From the NCBI GenBank assembly GCA_963827165.1, contig CAWGZR010000005.1, forward strand, positions 906,560-970,559: a stretch of 64,000 bases of DNA, given 5' to 3'. Origin of the DNA: Candidatus Bathyarchaeota archaeon. Lineage in GTDB: Archaea > Thermoproteota > Bathyarchaeia > Bathyarchaeales > Bathycorpusculaceae. The position numbers were made by a program, and so were the translations under genes. Below, piece by piece: positions 1 to 10,808 of the stretch (position 1 is its first letter; the number at the start of each line of letters is the position of its first letter). The notes under the pieces were generated by a model. That model ran no database searches. It had not been told where the DNA came from and was given only the letters and a program-made list of their open reading frames with translations.

Positions 1-1247
1 AAAATCTGGTTGTCAGGATTCTGGAAAACGTATCCGACGTAACAGGGGATTTTCTGAATCACTTTTTTGTCACGAAGGTTCAACCCCATGACTTTTGCTT
101 CGCCCCCAAACTTCTTGTATAAACCGCTTATTACCTTAGAAATAGTTGATTTGCCTGCCCCGTTTTGACCGATCAACCCTACGAACTCTCCCTTTTTTAT
201 GGCGAAAGTTACTCCCCTGAGCGCTTGGGTTCCATCATCATAGGAGAATTCGAGGTTTTTGACACTTATTATTTCCTCAGCATCCTTGTCAAGCGGGTCA
301 TCTTCAACGCTTTCCGAAAGTTTCTTGTCTTCACATGCTTGGATCATTTCATCAACGGTGAAGGGAACTCTGCCATTGTAGTTTAAACCCGATTGCCACC
401 CGATCCTTGCAATGTCCGAGGAATATAATCCATTTTCGGCAAACAGTTTAGGTTGGCAATATACTTCCTCGGTGGTTCCGTATGCAATTGTCTGCCCGTT
501 GTTTATTGCAAGAACTTTATCTGCGTATCTTTGAATTACTTCTGGGTTGTGTTCCACAACAACTATTGTAATGTCGTATTCACTTCTTATCCTGTCAATC
601 GCCCGAATAATACTGAACTTTCCTTCCGGATCAAGATTAGACATAGGCTCATCCAAAACCAAAAGCTCGGGCCTCAAAGCTATGAAAGAAGCAATCGCTG
701 CCCTTTGTTTTTGGCCGCCTGAAAGTTCGCTTGGATGAACGAGGTCCGCAATAGGCCAAAGAGACCCTAACCCGACTATTTCAAGTGCTTCTTTAGCCCG
801 GTTCTCAATCTCCTTCTGAGGTAGCCCCAGAAGCTCCATTCCAAACGCGATTTCATGAAGCAGATCCATTCTTAAAAACTGGTTCTCAGGATCTTGAAGC
901 AGCAATCCAACACGGGGGGCTGTCTGTTTTAGGCCAACAATATTTTCGATAACCTTGCCGGTTTTTTCGTCGGTTACCGCTTCGACTTTTGTGAGGGTTT
1001 GCCCGAAAAGTTTTATTTCGCCCCTAACGTGCTCACGCTCTTTTCCTCGGGGGACGGTAAAAACATGCGGTATGACTCCGGTCAATGCGTAGCAAAGCGT
1101 GGTTTTGCCGGCTCCGCTTGGACCAATAATTCCGAAGAATTCGCCCTTCTCAACCTTGAATGATAGACCCTTAAGCGTGAAGGGGTTCTCTACGCCTACG
1201 TAAGATCGGTATTTCCACCAAAAATCATTGACTTCCAATACCGACAT
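1..1247 (-). CDS. ecfA: ECF/ABC transporter ATPase with duplicated ATPase domains (runs off the window start)
   Basis: Manual translation from ATG 1247: GPSGAGKTT Walker A, LLQDPENQ Q-loop, LSGGQKQR signature, LVLDEP Walker B, then a second GQNGAGKST and YVFQNPDNQ. No stop before base 1. Confidence 0.9.
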   Translation of the reverse strand, partial: MSVLEVNDFWWKYRSYVGVENPFTLKGLSFKVEKGEFFGIIGPSGAGKTTLCYALTGVIPHVFTVPRGKEREHVRGEIKLFGQTLTKVEAVTDEKTGKVIENIVGLKQTAPRVGLLLQDPENQFLRMDLLHEIAFGMELLGLPQKEIENRAKEALEIVGLGSLWPIADLVHPSELSGGQKQRAAIASFIALRPELLVLDEPMSNLDPEGKFSIIRAIDRIRSEYDITIVVVEHNPEVIQRYADKVLAINNGQTIAYGTTEEVYCQPKLFAENGLYSSDIARIGWQSGLNYNGRVPFTVDEMIQACEDKKLSESVEDDPLDKDAEEIISVKNLEFSYDDGTQALRGVTFAIKKGEFVGLIGQNGAGKSTISKVISGLYKKFGGEAKVMGLNLRDKKVIQKIPCYVGYVFQNPDNQI

Positions 1248-1252
1248 GTTAT

Positions 1253-2320
1253 TTACCTCACGAATAAGGCGGTGATGGAGTGTCCAAGGAAAACCTCGTA
1301 TATTAAGAATGCTGCTAAAATCACTATTATCGTTAAGTCAACATAACTTAATCGTTTTGTCTCCTTGTAATCGGTCATTTTACTTGAAGCTTCAAAACCT
1401 CTGGCGTAAAGCGCTACACCCATCTCTGTGGATCGCCTAATCATGTTTGCGACCAATGGAATTGAGAGGCGAGCAAGATCCATAACTTTTGTAAAGATGC
1501 TTTTCCGAATAACGCCTGATGCACGTGCTGTCTGAGCCATTCTTATGTCTTGGTAATCAATGAGTATGGCGTTAAGATTTCTAAACATTAGTGCGACGAA
1601 GAATGATTTCTTAAATGAAAGTTTCAGTTGCCGTAAGGCTCCAGCAATCTCCACATCTCTTGTTGTTAAAAGAAACAGAAATGAGGTGTAAATTAGTACT
1701 GCATAGCCAAGTGCTTTTGCAAAAGCGACTGTGGCTGCCCACTGAGGTAACGAAAACGAGTAACCTGCGCCGATGGAAATTCTAGCCCATGTTGCAGCTG
1801 ACGAGAAGCTAATTGCGGAAGGCATAATGGTAAACCACCATAATAGTAGCCCAGCGACAAGTGACCAACCGATGCTTCGTGTCTTATAGTAGACGAGGCT
1901 GAACACGCCTACAAGAACCAAAGTGGATACGCCTATCGGTAAAAACCCTGGCCACAGGTAAAAAGTCATTTTTGCTCCTGGTTGCGAGCCATTGAAAAAA
2001 AGCCAATAGAAGAATTCACCAAAGATTATGGGCACTGCTAATACCAGGTAAGAGCCTGCCAAGTACTTGGCTGTTCTCGAGATAATTAAGAGTGAAAATA
2101 CAAGTCCCAACAACAAAATTAAGCCAATTACGTCTGGTCCGCCCTTTGACACGGGGATGTCAAACATGTAAAGCGTTAAAACGGACATGACTGCGATCAT
2201 TAAGAATTTTGTTACAACATGTAATTTTTCAATTGGGGTTCCTATACGCATAGAAAAAATAAAGGTGCGCACGTACTTTTTGGAAGTACGGCGTGTTTCC
2301 GCGTCTGGACTTGCCAACAA
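1253..2320 (-). CDS. ecfT: ECF transporter transmembrane T component
   Basis: Multi-TM protein with the two X-Arg-X motifs (AQTARA, ALYARGF). Lies between the ATPase and a small membrane protein. Confidence 0.85.
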   Translation of the reverse strand: MLASPDAETRRTSKKYVRTFIFSMRIGTPIEKLHVVTKFLMIAVMSVLTLYMFDIPVSKGGPDVIGLILLLGLVFSLLIISRTAKYLAGSYLVLAVPIIFGEFFYWLFFNGSQPGAKMTFYLWPGFLPIGVSTLVLVGVFSLVYYKTRSIGWSLVAGLLLWWFTIMPSAISFSSAATWARISIGAGYSFSLPQWAATVAFAKALGYAVLIYTSFLFLLTTRDVEIAGALRQLKLSFKKSFFVALMFRNLNAILIDYQDIRMAQTARASGVIRKSIFTKVMDLARLSIPLVANMIRRSTEMGVALYARGFEASSKMTDYKETKRLSYVDLTIIVILAAFLIYEVFLGHSITALFVR

Positions 2321-2358
2321 CTTTCCCCTTTAATCTATATATTAAAGAAGAGTGGTTT

Positions 2359-3063
2359 TCAAGTTACCCAGCCGTGGTTGATTAATCCTTGCCTTTCGAC
2401 AAGATTTGTGAGTCCTTTGACAAGCACTGGCGTTATGATCACCATCGCTAGCAAGTCGCCTACGAACCAGCCTCCCCAGTAATACCAGAATAACCCGCTA
2501 GGAACTAAACCCATTGCGTTTTGTATTCCGATGCCAAGTTCTGCGCTGACGACGTTTATTATTACTCCATTGATGAGCACAAACCATACCCATGCGCCCA
2601 CTCGCTTTGTTTTAACGCCTGCAATCTCTTTTTCAGTTAAGTCTCTCCACAGTGGATCATATCCTCTGTTTGCTAGCACTCCACGCCAAACGACGAATGC
2701 GACCAGCGGCGGAATGAAGTCACTTATAGAATAAGCTAATGACGGAACTACGCCTAAGCCAACCATTAATCCTGCTCCAAGGACACAGCCAATGTATGCA
2801 GCGCCTATACCCCAGATTCCCCACCACATGGTGAAAACCAAGAAGAAGGGGTAAACAAAGTAGAACAGTGAGATGCCTGAGTAACTTAGCGGACCAAGCA
2901 AAGAGACGCTCAAATACGATAGGATTATAATTGCTGCGATCTGTACTGCGTAAAGAACATATTGTGTTGTAGAAACAGGTTCTCCTCTGCCCAATTTCAG
3001 TGTATAGTTGCTCCAAGGAAATTTTCCTTCAGTTTTGACTACTGTATTTTCTCCTTCACTCAA
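2359..3063 (-). CDS. Membrane protein, probable ECF S (substrate-binding) component
   Basis: 234 aa with about 6 TM helices; first gene of the ecf operon. Confidence 0.6.
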   Translation of the reverse strand: MSEGENTVVKTEGKFPWSNYTLKLGRGEPVSTTQYVLYAVQIAAIIILSYLSVSLLGPLSYSGISLFYFVYPFFLVFTMWWGIWGIGAAYIGCVLGAGLMVGLGVVPSLAYSISDFIPPLVAFVVWRGVLANRGYDPLWRDLTEKEIAGVKTKRVGAWVWFVLINGVIINVVSAELGIGIQNAMGLVPSGLFWYYWGGWFVGDLLAMVIITPVLVKGLTNLVERQGLINHGWVT

Positions 3064-3327
3064 ACGAAATCCCCGCTCCTTTTACTCGGAGGTATCAGTA
3101 TTTAACTTTTTTCAACAATCTTGCGACTAAAGAAATGCTAGAATAACCAGAAAAAACGCAACACTTAGCGGTCGAAAACCTGTAAAAAGCCCATTTTAAG
3201 GTTTTTTCCACAATTTATTTTTTTAACCCTAACTTTTCAGGTATCTCAAATCAATAAATTTTGCTTTATTTGGCAGCGCTCCACCAAGTTATCTAGTTTA
3301 ATTGGCACCCGAGCCGCCCTTTGAAGG

Positions 3328-4151
3328 TCAAGGTTTGTTTTCAACTATGAGTTTTATTTGGTAGAGGTTTGTCCAATCTTTTCCCGTTACAAAAAGCTTG
3401 TCGCCTTGAGGGTCATACGCGATGCCGTTGAGCACGGCGTTCATGTTTGTTTTGCTTGCCACGGAGGCCGGCAATCCGGTAAGGTCTATCCATGCCTTAA
3501 CCTGCCCTGTGTCAGGGTTGATTATGGCGATTTTGTTTGTCATCCAGACGTTGGCGTAGACGTCGCCGTTGATGTAATCCAACGAGTTAAGCATTGTAAC
3601 GGATGAGTTTCCGTCGTGCACTTGGATTTCTCCTACGCGTTGGAAGGTCGTTGGGTTTAAAAAGTAAAGGTGGTCTGAGCCATCGCTCATAATCAAGTTT
3701 GTCCCGTTATAGGTTAAGCCCCAACCTTGAGTGGGGTAAGTAAAATTTCCTAAAGAGCAAATGTGGTTTTGTTGTAGATGAAGCCTACGTTCGATTGCCA
3801 AGTTAGCTGTATTATGGTGTCGTTGACGACAGCTATGCCCTCGCCGAAGTACTCGATTGGCAACGTGTACTCCTGGACGATTTTGCCAGTTGCTAAGTCA
3901 ACCTGGCGTAAAGTTGATTGGTAATCAGGGCTGTTTCCGCTGCCGCTGCTTTCATACATGAAACCGTCTGAGTACCATAGCCCCTCCGTGAAAGAGTTTG
4001 TGTCATGAGGGTATGTGTTGAGAATCGAATAAGTGTAATATGACGCAGTGGATCCTGTTGAATTATTCTTGTTGTTCAAAAAGATCAGTAGTGAAGCGCC
4101 AAGAATAACGGCTGCAATCAATACCACCGATAGGGCTATCCACTTCTTCAT
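3328..4151 (-). CDS. Glutaminyl-peptide cyclotransferase (plant/bacterial type) with N-terminal membrane anchor; split by a frameshift near 3760
   Basis: YPHD..SFTEGL, YFGEGI, QLTW, QGWGLT, MSDGSD, VYANVW, VLNGIAYD and VTGK.W motifs across ORFs 3750-4151 and 3328-3801. Confidence 0.9.
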
Positions 4152-4199
4152 AACGCCCTCACTTTAGCAGTTCCCATTAATATGCAAAACGGAAAAACA

Positions 4200-5462
4200 T
4201 CAGTCTTCCGACACTTGCGGTTGCGAACCAAGAACCGGTTGCGGTAAAGTGGGGCAAGTAGGTATCTGGGCAGATGGTATTTGCTGTTCACCTAAGACAC
4301 GGGTTTCTTTCGCTATTGGCTCAGGCGCATGCTGCTCCAACAGTATTATTGGTTTGTCTGGCAGTCTTCTTTCTTCCAAGGCATTTCGCATGTCTTTAGG
4401 CTTGACTGCAAATAGGTTTTTGGCACCCATAATCTGGACGCACATGAAGCTTACAAAGAGCGGGAACCAGAATGAAGCGGTCCTTACAATGATCGCTGCG
4501 ATTCCGCTTGTTCCTGCGTTGATGCCATAGAGGATGAAGATGGTTGCCAAGAGAATATCTAGTGAGCCCACTGAGAAGCTGGCTATGGCATCTTGAAACG
4601 CAGTGGCGACAAAGTAGACAACGATGTAGAAAACTGGAGATGGCGCAGGAATTCCTAGCGCGTAGAATACAAAGACGTAAACTGAAAGCCCTAAAACATA
4701 GGCTGCAATGTGAAATACAAAAGGTTTTGCTAAACCTCTCGGGTTTTCCCGAAACACTCTGAAGCCTTGATAGAAACTGGAAAGTGTCTCTTGGATTTTC
4801 TTTTGGTCTTCCGGCGAATTCTTGTTCGGCCGTATGCGGCTAATGACCTTAAAATACAATTTTCCAAATATTTCTGCGGCGCCTTCGTAAAACGCCAAGA
4901 ACAACAAAACTGCAAGGTAGGCTGCGGCTCCAACCACCAAAAGAATGAATAAATTCACAATCATAGGCGGAACATTTGCTTTTGAAAGAACGAATATTGA
5001 GCCGGCGGCTAAGCCCGTGGTGACTACGCTGTAGGCAACTATTCGGTTAGTCACTGATGAAGCTGCTATAGCGCCATAGTTTTCGTTGGTTTCTTTTTGG
5101 ACAAGGTAGAGCCGTGTGATTTCGCCACAGACTGTGGCACATGGGACGATTAAATCAGCGAAATTACCAACCCAATAGTATAAGTACGATTTTTTGTAGG
5201 AAATTTTGATTGACAATTCTCTTAAAATACTGTTCCAAGCTGCCGACCAACAGAAAACACTTGCTAAAACCGACAAGATCGCGAGTGAGTAGTAGAGTGC
5301 GTATTGTGCAGGGTTGATGTTTCTTAAGACAAGCAGGATTTGGGGTGAGCCGATGAAGAAATATAAGTAAAAAACGAAAACTGCTAAACCTGCAATCATA
5401 AATAATAGCGATCTTTTAAAAGACAAGTACTTAGATGCGTACAACTGGCTGCTTAACCCCAC
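4200..5462 (-). CDS. Lysylphosphatidylglycerol synthase TM / flippase-like (UPF0104) membrane protein
   Basis: Multi-TM protein with family-like GNFADLIVP...GEITR and IIVRTASFW motifs. Confidence 0.75.
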   Translation of the reverse strand: MGLSSQLYASKYLSFKRSLLFMIAGLAVFVFYLYFFIGSPQILLVLRNINPAQYALYYSLAILSVLASVFCWSAAWNSILRELSIKISYKKSYLYYWVGNFADLIVPCATVCGEITRLYLVQKETNENYGAIAASSVTNRIVAYSVVTTGLAAGSIFVLSKANVPPMIVNLFILLVVGAAAYLAVLLFLAFYEGAAEIFGKLYFKVISRIRPNKNSPEDQKKIQETLSSFYQGFRVFRENPRGLAKPFVFHIAAYVLGLSVYVFVFYALGIPAPSPVFYIVVYFVATAFQDAIASFSVGSLDILLATIFILYGINAGTSGIAAIIVRTASFWFPLFVSFMCVQIMGAKNLFAVKPKDMRNALEERRLPDKPIILLEQHAPEPIAKETRVLGEQQIPSAQIPTCPTLPQPVLGSQPQVSED

Positions 5463-5703
5463 TCACGGCTAAAATGTTTGCTTAATGCAATAGGTAGTAT
5501 GGTTGTACTGTTGTCCCTTACTGGTTTAAGTAACTTACGCTTGGCTTTTTCGCCAGTTGCAGCGCTTTTTTGAGCAAGATTAATGGGAATTATTCTCTGC
5601 GACCGCAATATTTTGGCAATCCCCAAGTTCTCCCATTGGCTTCCAAAAAGAGATGTAAATTGTCTTACTTTAAAAGAGGAGATTTAGGCAATCTCCAAAT
5701 GTT

Positions 5704-6492
5704 TTAGGTGTTATTTGTGATTATCTGCTGGGGCGTCGAAACGGCAAGCTGGGATCCTGATGCGGAGGTCATAGTGAATGAAAATGTGTTTGAATCGATT
5801 GAGCCGCTGATGTTTAAATTAAAGGTTTGGCCGTTTCCTGTGGTCCCTTGAGCGTTCGCAGTAACTTGCGACCCCGAAGTTGTGCCGGCGAAATTGAAGA
5901 TTGTGTCGCTTCCACCTGTTTGGATTGCTTGCGAAAGACTTCCAGAAACACTTGTCGGCGTCAAATCCAAGCTAAATTGTATCGTATTTCCAACTTGCTG
6001 AACTGGGACATTGATGTTTGCCGTTAACGTTCCCGAATATGATGTTCCGTCGCTTTGCATTGAGACGTCAAATTGTCCGGTTCCGCCATAGCTTGCTGTC
6101 ACGTTGTTTGGAGGCTGATTGTTATTGGTTATATTTGGACCTTGGTTTTGATTATTGTTATTGTTTTGGTTATTGCTGTTGTTTTGGTCGTTGGAGTTGT
6201 TATTGTTTGGATCGTTAGTGGTTGGATTATTGTTGTAATTATTTTGATTATTGTTGTTCTGGTTGTTGTTATTATTGTTGTTATTGTTTTGATTATTGTT
6301 GTTTTGGTCGCCGCTGTTGTTGCCGTTTAGGGCTCCAAAGCTAATGTGGAGTTTCTCCAGTTCCGGTGCAACAACTGTGAAGCTTAGGTATCCCCCAAGT
6401 ATCATCCCGACGAAAACACACAATAACGCGATGCCGACAACTTTACCGAGACCCACTGAATGTCCTCTTTTTCTTGGTTTTTCTTCAACCAT
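5704..6492 (-). CDS. Membrane-anchored protein with Asn/Gln-rich low-complexity linker
   Basis: N-terminal TM, about 70-aa N/Q tract, beta-rich C-terminal domain. Confidence 0.7.
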   Translation of the reverse strand: MVEEKPRKRGHSVGLGKVVGIALLCVFVGMILGGYLSFTVVAPELEKLHISFGALNGNNSGDQNNNNQNNNNNNNNNQNNNNQNNYNNNPTTNDPNNNNSNDQNNSNNQNNNNNQNQGPNITNNNQPPNNVTASYGGTGQFDVSMQSDGTSYSGTLTANINVPVQQVGNTIQFSLDLTPTSVSGSLSQAIQTGGSDTIFNFAGTTSGSQVTANAQGTTGNGQTFNLNISGSIDSNTFSFTMTSASGSQLAVSTPQQIITNNT

Positions 6493-6747
6493 TTAAGTTA
6501 ACCTTCTTTTCTTTGTTTGTAAACTTAGCTTGTCGGCTTTTGCGAGTATAAGACTTTCATGAAAGATGTCTTTTCCCAAATTTCTCATCCCAAATCGTTG
6601 CTGTAGCCTGCTTGTTGGCAGACGCAATCCGAGACAGAACTGTTCCTCTTGAACTTAAGTCGTGTGAATTGGTGATTAGAATTTAGGATAAACTGAGTTA
6701 CTTTTTAATTACTCGACAATACAATATGTCTGCAAAGGCTAAGCGCC

Positions 6748-7593
6748 GTGGCTAAAATCAAAGGTTTAATCAGGCTGATCCGGCCAATAAACTGTGTAGT
6801 TATGAGTTTCGCTGTTCTTGTAGGGGCAAGCCTAGCTGGTTTTGGCAGCCTTCATTGGTTGAATCTGGTTTATGGCGCAGTAACTGCCTTCACATTATGT
6901 GGGGCTTCAATGGCGATCAATGACTACTACGATTTTGATATCGATAGAATAAACGAGCCGCAGCGTCCGATCCCAAGCGGCGCAGTATCGTTGCGGGAGG
7001 CTTTGGTGTTAACTGGGTTTCTAACAGCTCTAGGTTTGGTTTCCGCGCTCTTGGTAAGCGCTTATTGTCTTTTGTTTGCTTTTGCCGCGTGGGCAATCAT
7101 GGTGGCTTATGTAACCGTCGGGAAGCGAAGCGGGTTTGCCGGCAACTTGCTGGTCAGCGCCTGTGTCGCAGCACCTTTCCTATACGGAAGCTTAGTAGCC
7201 GTCAACTTTGTTAGAATCAACATTTTGCTTTTTGCTTCGATGGCGTTTCTTTCAAACACAGGTCGAGAAATTGCCAAAGGCGTTGTTGACGTTCAAGGCG
7301 ACAGCTCACATAAAATCAAAACTCTCGCGGTAATCTTTGGAGAAAGAAAAGCAGCTTACGCAGCGTCGGCTTTCTTCATTTTGGCCGTAAGCCTCTCACC
7401 TCTTCCACTAATTTTCAATTTAGTGTCCCTATGGTTTGTTCCATTCGTGCTTGTGACTGACTTTGGTTTAGTTTGGTGTTCAGCGCGGTTGATCAGGAAT
7501 CCTTCGCGGGAAAATGCACGTCAAATAAAGAAAATCGTTCTTTTCCTATTCGTCTTCGGTTTGCTTTCCTTCATTTTCGGAATGTTCAGATAA
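6748..7593 (+). CDS. Digeranylgeranylglyceryl phosphate synthase (UbiA family)
   Basis: LIRPIN, NDYYDFDIDRINEPQRPIPSG and REIAKGVVDVQGD motifs. Confidence 0.9.
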   Translation: MAKIKGLIRLIRPINCVVMSFAVLVGASLAGFGSLHWLNLVYGAVTAFTLCGASMAINDYYDFDIDRINEPQRPIPSGAVSLREALVLTGFLTALGLVSALLVSAYCLLFAFAAWAIMVAYVTVGKRSGFAGNLLVSACVAAPFLYGSLVAVNFVRINILLFASMAFLSNTGREIAKGVVDVQGDSSHKIKTLAVIFGERKAAYAASAFFILAVSLSPLPLIFNLVSLWFVPFVLVTDFGLVWCSARLIRNPSRENARQIKKIVLFLFVFGLLSFIFGMFR

Positions 7594-7734
7594 CCGTCGA
7601 GCTGACAACCCTAAATCCCAAAAGATTTTGCTTTAGCCGCTCGGTTGGTCATGAAACTTCCCAAACGTTTGAATTTGAAAGTTGCTTTGTTGTCGTCAAC
7701 TGTATTTCTGGGTTTGTAAAGAATTCGCTTCGGG

Positions 7735-8260
7735 TTAGGTGGTCAAGCATTTCTGTTTGTTTGTCGAAGGTGACGGCGATGTAGTCGTAGCGAACGGTGT
7801 TGCCTGTTTGGTCGGCAGTGTCGAGGAACTCGTCTTCAGTTGCCTAATAGTTTGTTGTTCTAGTTTAATGCGCGTATTGCTGGGTGCTCGTGCTGTTGAC
7901 GATAAGTCTCCTAGTTTCCTGCGGGTAAAGCGGATCTGGAACGTTGAGGTTTGTAGCGTAAAGGTAGTGAACCCGCCGAGTTCAGCGCATGATCCAATGG
8001 ATAAATCGATCACTTGGGGGTTTGTAGTTTGCGTGCCGTTCTTGTATTGCTCTACTGTTTCAAGAGTCACTTGGTTGCCTTGGATTGCTGTCCTTCCTCC
8101 TGATAGTAGTTTGTACGTTGTATTGCATGAACTCTTGTGGCCGTAACTGCCCCGTCGCTGCCTAAAACTGTGGAACCGGCCAGCTCGTAAGTGAAAGTGT
8201 CGCCCACCAAAAGAGGCTGGTCAGGAGCGGACGTTTGGGTTTTTGGTGCATTTATGCCCT
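7735..8260 (-). pseudogene. Fragmented gene for a secreted hypothetical protein
   Basis: Coding-like pieces (VGDTFTYELAGS; VTLETVEQYKNGTQ) in different frames. Confidence 0.35.
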
Positions 8261-8446
8261 TGAAATAAACCGAGGTAAATCCTGCCGACCATTCGAAGTC
8301 ACGCTCTCATTCTATGCGAGCCCATGGTGCCTTAAGAAAATAAGTTTTGAAGTAAAACAACGGGCATCCCTCTTCTTCAAAGGAAAAAGCCGAGTTTTTA
8401 ACCTCAAATATATGCTTGCTCCCCTTCGACGATTTTTATGACAGTT

Positions 8447-9206
8447 TTAAGAATCTGGTGAAAAAGCCTGTCTGAATTTTTTCTGGGCAGCGTCGTATCC
8501 TTGTTTGATGGAGTCGTTCGTTGAGGTTTGAACTGATTCTTCTTCTCCAGCCTCATTTTTTACTTTCAGTACTTTGTCTGCACAAATTTTTGCCTCTTCT
8601 TTTCGACCCATTTTTCCCAGGATTATCCCCTTCGCAATCAAAGCATTTGTGAAATCAGGTTTCAACCTTAACGCTTCATCAAAGGATTCGAGAGCCCTCA
8701 CAGAATCACCCGTATTGCTAAACGTAATTCCAATCAAGTAGTAAATTTTTGGATCGCCAGGCTTTTGTTTGAGTATCTCTTGGTAGCATTTGAGGGCATC
8801 TTCAAATTTCTTGAGTTTCTGAAAAATGGCCGCCAGTCTTTCTTGAAGCTCAAAATCGTTGGGGTCTAACTCAACTGCCTTACCGAGGCATTCAGCAGCC
8901 TTTTCTTAGTTTGTTCAATGAAACTAATGTTGCTCCCTTTAGGCGGTACGCATCTATATAGGTTGGTTTGATCTCGATTATTTTGTCGAAACATTTCATT
9001 GCTTCATCGCATTTTCCAAATTTATCCAAAAGGATACCCTTGAAAACCCAGGCATCAATGTAGTCTTTTTGAAGCGTCAGGGCTTCTTCGGTAGATGTTA
9101 AAGCGCTTTCATGTTTGCCAGACGCCTCAAAAGCAACTGCCATCTTCAACTTTTTCGAAGCATCTGAGACTGCTGAAGATTCGTTATTTGTTTCTTTTCC
9201 GAACAT
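8447..9206 (-). CDS. TPR repeat protein (frameshift near 8890)
   Basis: TPR-like AWVFKGILL and ALIAKGIIL units in ORFs 8892-9206 and 8447-8737, plus the intervening frame. Confidence 0.75.
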
Positions 9207-9230
9207 ACTTTCATTTCCCCTATAGATAGA

Positions 9231-10808
9231 TTATGTGGATGGCGTCATCGTGTGGCGGTGATTGCTCCTTTGAAGCGCCTTTTTTATGGCATCAACCAAT
9301 GGTTTGTAACGGATCGTGTCCATGGGTTCATTGGAAAGTTCATTCGCCACTGAAACGTACCAATCCCTTAATGTGCCTTTTCCGAAAGCCGTTTCAACTA
9401 AAACACCCTTTAAATCCTCTGCATCCAGAGAACTTTCGTGTCCGCTACGATGTTCTCTTAAGATGGGCCGCATTTTCGCTTCTTCAACTATACTTTCTAT
9501 GTCGGACGCGGAGCAACCCTCAGTTTCTTCCGCTAAACTTCCGAAATCAACTTTGCTGACTACGCAATTCCCAATGTAATATTTGAAAAGTTGCCGTCTA
9601 TCCTCGCAAGAAGGAGCCGGAATGTAGATGCATTCACCGAACCTTCCGCTCCGCTTTAAGGCAGCATCGATATCCCATGGCCTGTTTGAAGCCGCGATAA
9701 CAACCAAGCCTTCCGGGTTCTTAAGGGCACCGTCCAGCTCCATAAGCAGTTGATTAACAGCCCTATGTGCTCCGCTGTCATGGGTAACTAAACCTCGGTT
9801 TACTCCAAGAGCGTCAAGTTCGTCGAGGAAGACAATGCAGGATCCATTGCCTTTAAGATTCGTTCGGGCATTCTCGAAAATCTGATGCATTTTCTTTTCT
9901 GTTTCCCCTTGCCACATATCCATAATCTCATGAAGATTCGCTAAAACCAACGATGAACCTGTTTCGCCAGCCAATGCTCTCGCTAACAGTGTCTTTCCAC
10001 AGCCAGGCGGACCATAAAGAAGAATTGCGAAACTTCTTTTTTTATTGTATTTCGTAAATAAATCGGGCCTCTTCAATGGAAGTACAATGTTATTCCAAAG
10101 TTTCTCCTTTACATTTTCCAGACCTTGGACATCTGAGAGTCTGATTATATTTTTGCGCTTTTCATTTTTTTGAGTAAAAGCCTCTTTTTCCGTTGATTCA
10201 AAACGATGAGCCAAAAATTTTTCAGCCTCCTCCAAATCGGCGAGGCTCCGCGGGTTCATTTTGGCGTCTTCCACTTCTTTTTCAGTTACGCTACTTTCCT
10301 GCTGCTTCAATGCTCTTTCTAAAGTTTGTTTCACGTTTTCTGCACCTTCCTGTTCGTTTAAGAAAGGGTCGAAGGTTTCTCGGAGAGATTTTCCAAGGTC
10401 TTGGAATTCAAACATTGCCTCAAAAAACTCCCCGCTTTCCGGGATGGCTTGACGAATTGAGGACGTGTCAGTTTGTTGATTTTTGTTTTCTAAAATATTT
10501 TGTTTATACAGGTAAGCTTCTTTCAGGAACCTTTGAAGTAAAACTGAGCTTAAATCATTAAGGCAGCTCTCAGTGTTTTTGAGTAAGCCGTGGGTCAGTC
10601 CTCGTTTGAAAAGAACATTCTCGTTTGATGGTTCCAGTCTTAAGCATTCGCTATATGCATCCAATGCTTCTTCGTAACGAAGTGAATCGAAGAGTTTCTC
10701 TGCCCAAGCAAAGAAGTTTCCCGCGGAAGGCGGCGGAAGAGCAGGACAAAACTTGCCTGGGCTAAGCTGGAATGCAGAAGCGCTGGGTTTCGGGTTTAAT
10801 TCATTCAT
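9231..10808 (-). CDS. AAA+ ATPase with N-terminal TPR domain
   Basis: GPPGCGKT Walker A, IVFLDE Walker B, SNRPWDIDAALKRSGRF SRH; TPR at the N-terminus. Confidence 0.9.
   Translation of the reverse strand: MNELNPKPSASAFQLSPGKFCPALPPPSAGNFFAWAEKLFDSLRYEEALDAYSECLRLEPSNENVLFKRGLTHGLLKNTESCLNDLSSVLLQRFLKEAYLYKQNILENKNQQTDTSSIRQAIPESGEFFEAMFEFQDLGKSLRETFDPFLNEQEGAENVKQTLERALKQQESSVTEKEVEDAKMNPRSLADLEEAEKFLAHRFESTEKEAFTQKNEKRKNIIRLSDVQGLENVKEKLWNNIVLPLKRPDLFTKYNKKRSFAILLYGPPGCGKTLLARALAGETGSSLVLANLHEIMDMWQGETEKKMHQIFENARTNLKGNGSCIVFLDELDALGVNRGLVTHDSGAHRAVNQLLMELDGALKNPEGLVVIAASNRPWDIDAALKRSGRFGECIYIPAPSCEDRRQLFKYYIGNCVVSKVDFGSLAEETEGCSASDIESIVEEAKMRPILREHRSGHESSLDAEDLKGVLVETAFGKGTLRDWYVSVANELSNEPMDTIRYKPLVDAIKKALQRSNHRHTMTPST

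Noticed and set aside
6018-6330. Val/Ile- and Cys-rich plus-strand ORFs
   Set aside because: These are antisense shadows of the Asn tract.
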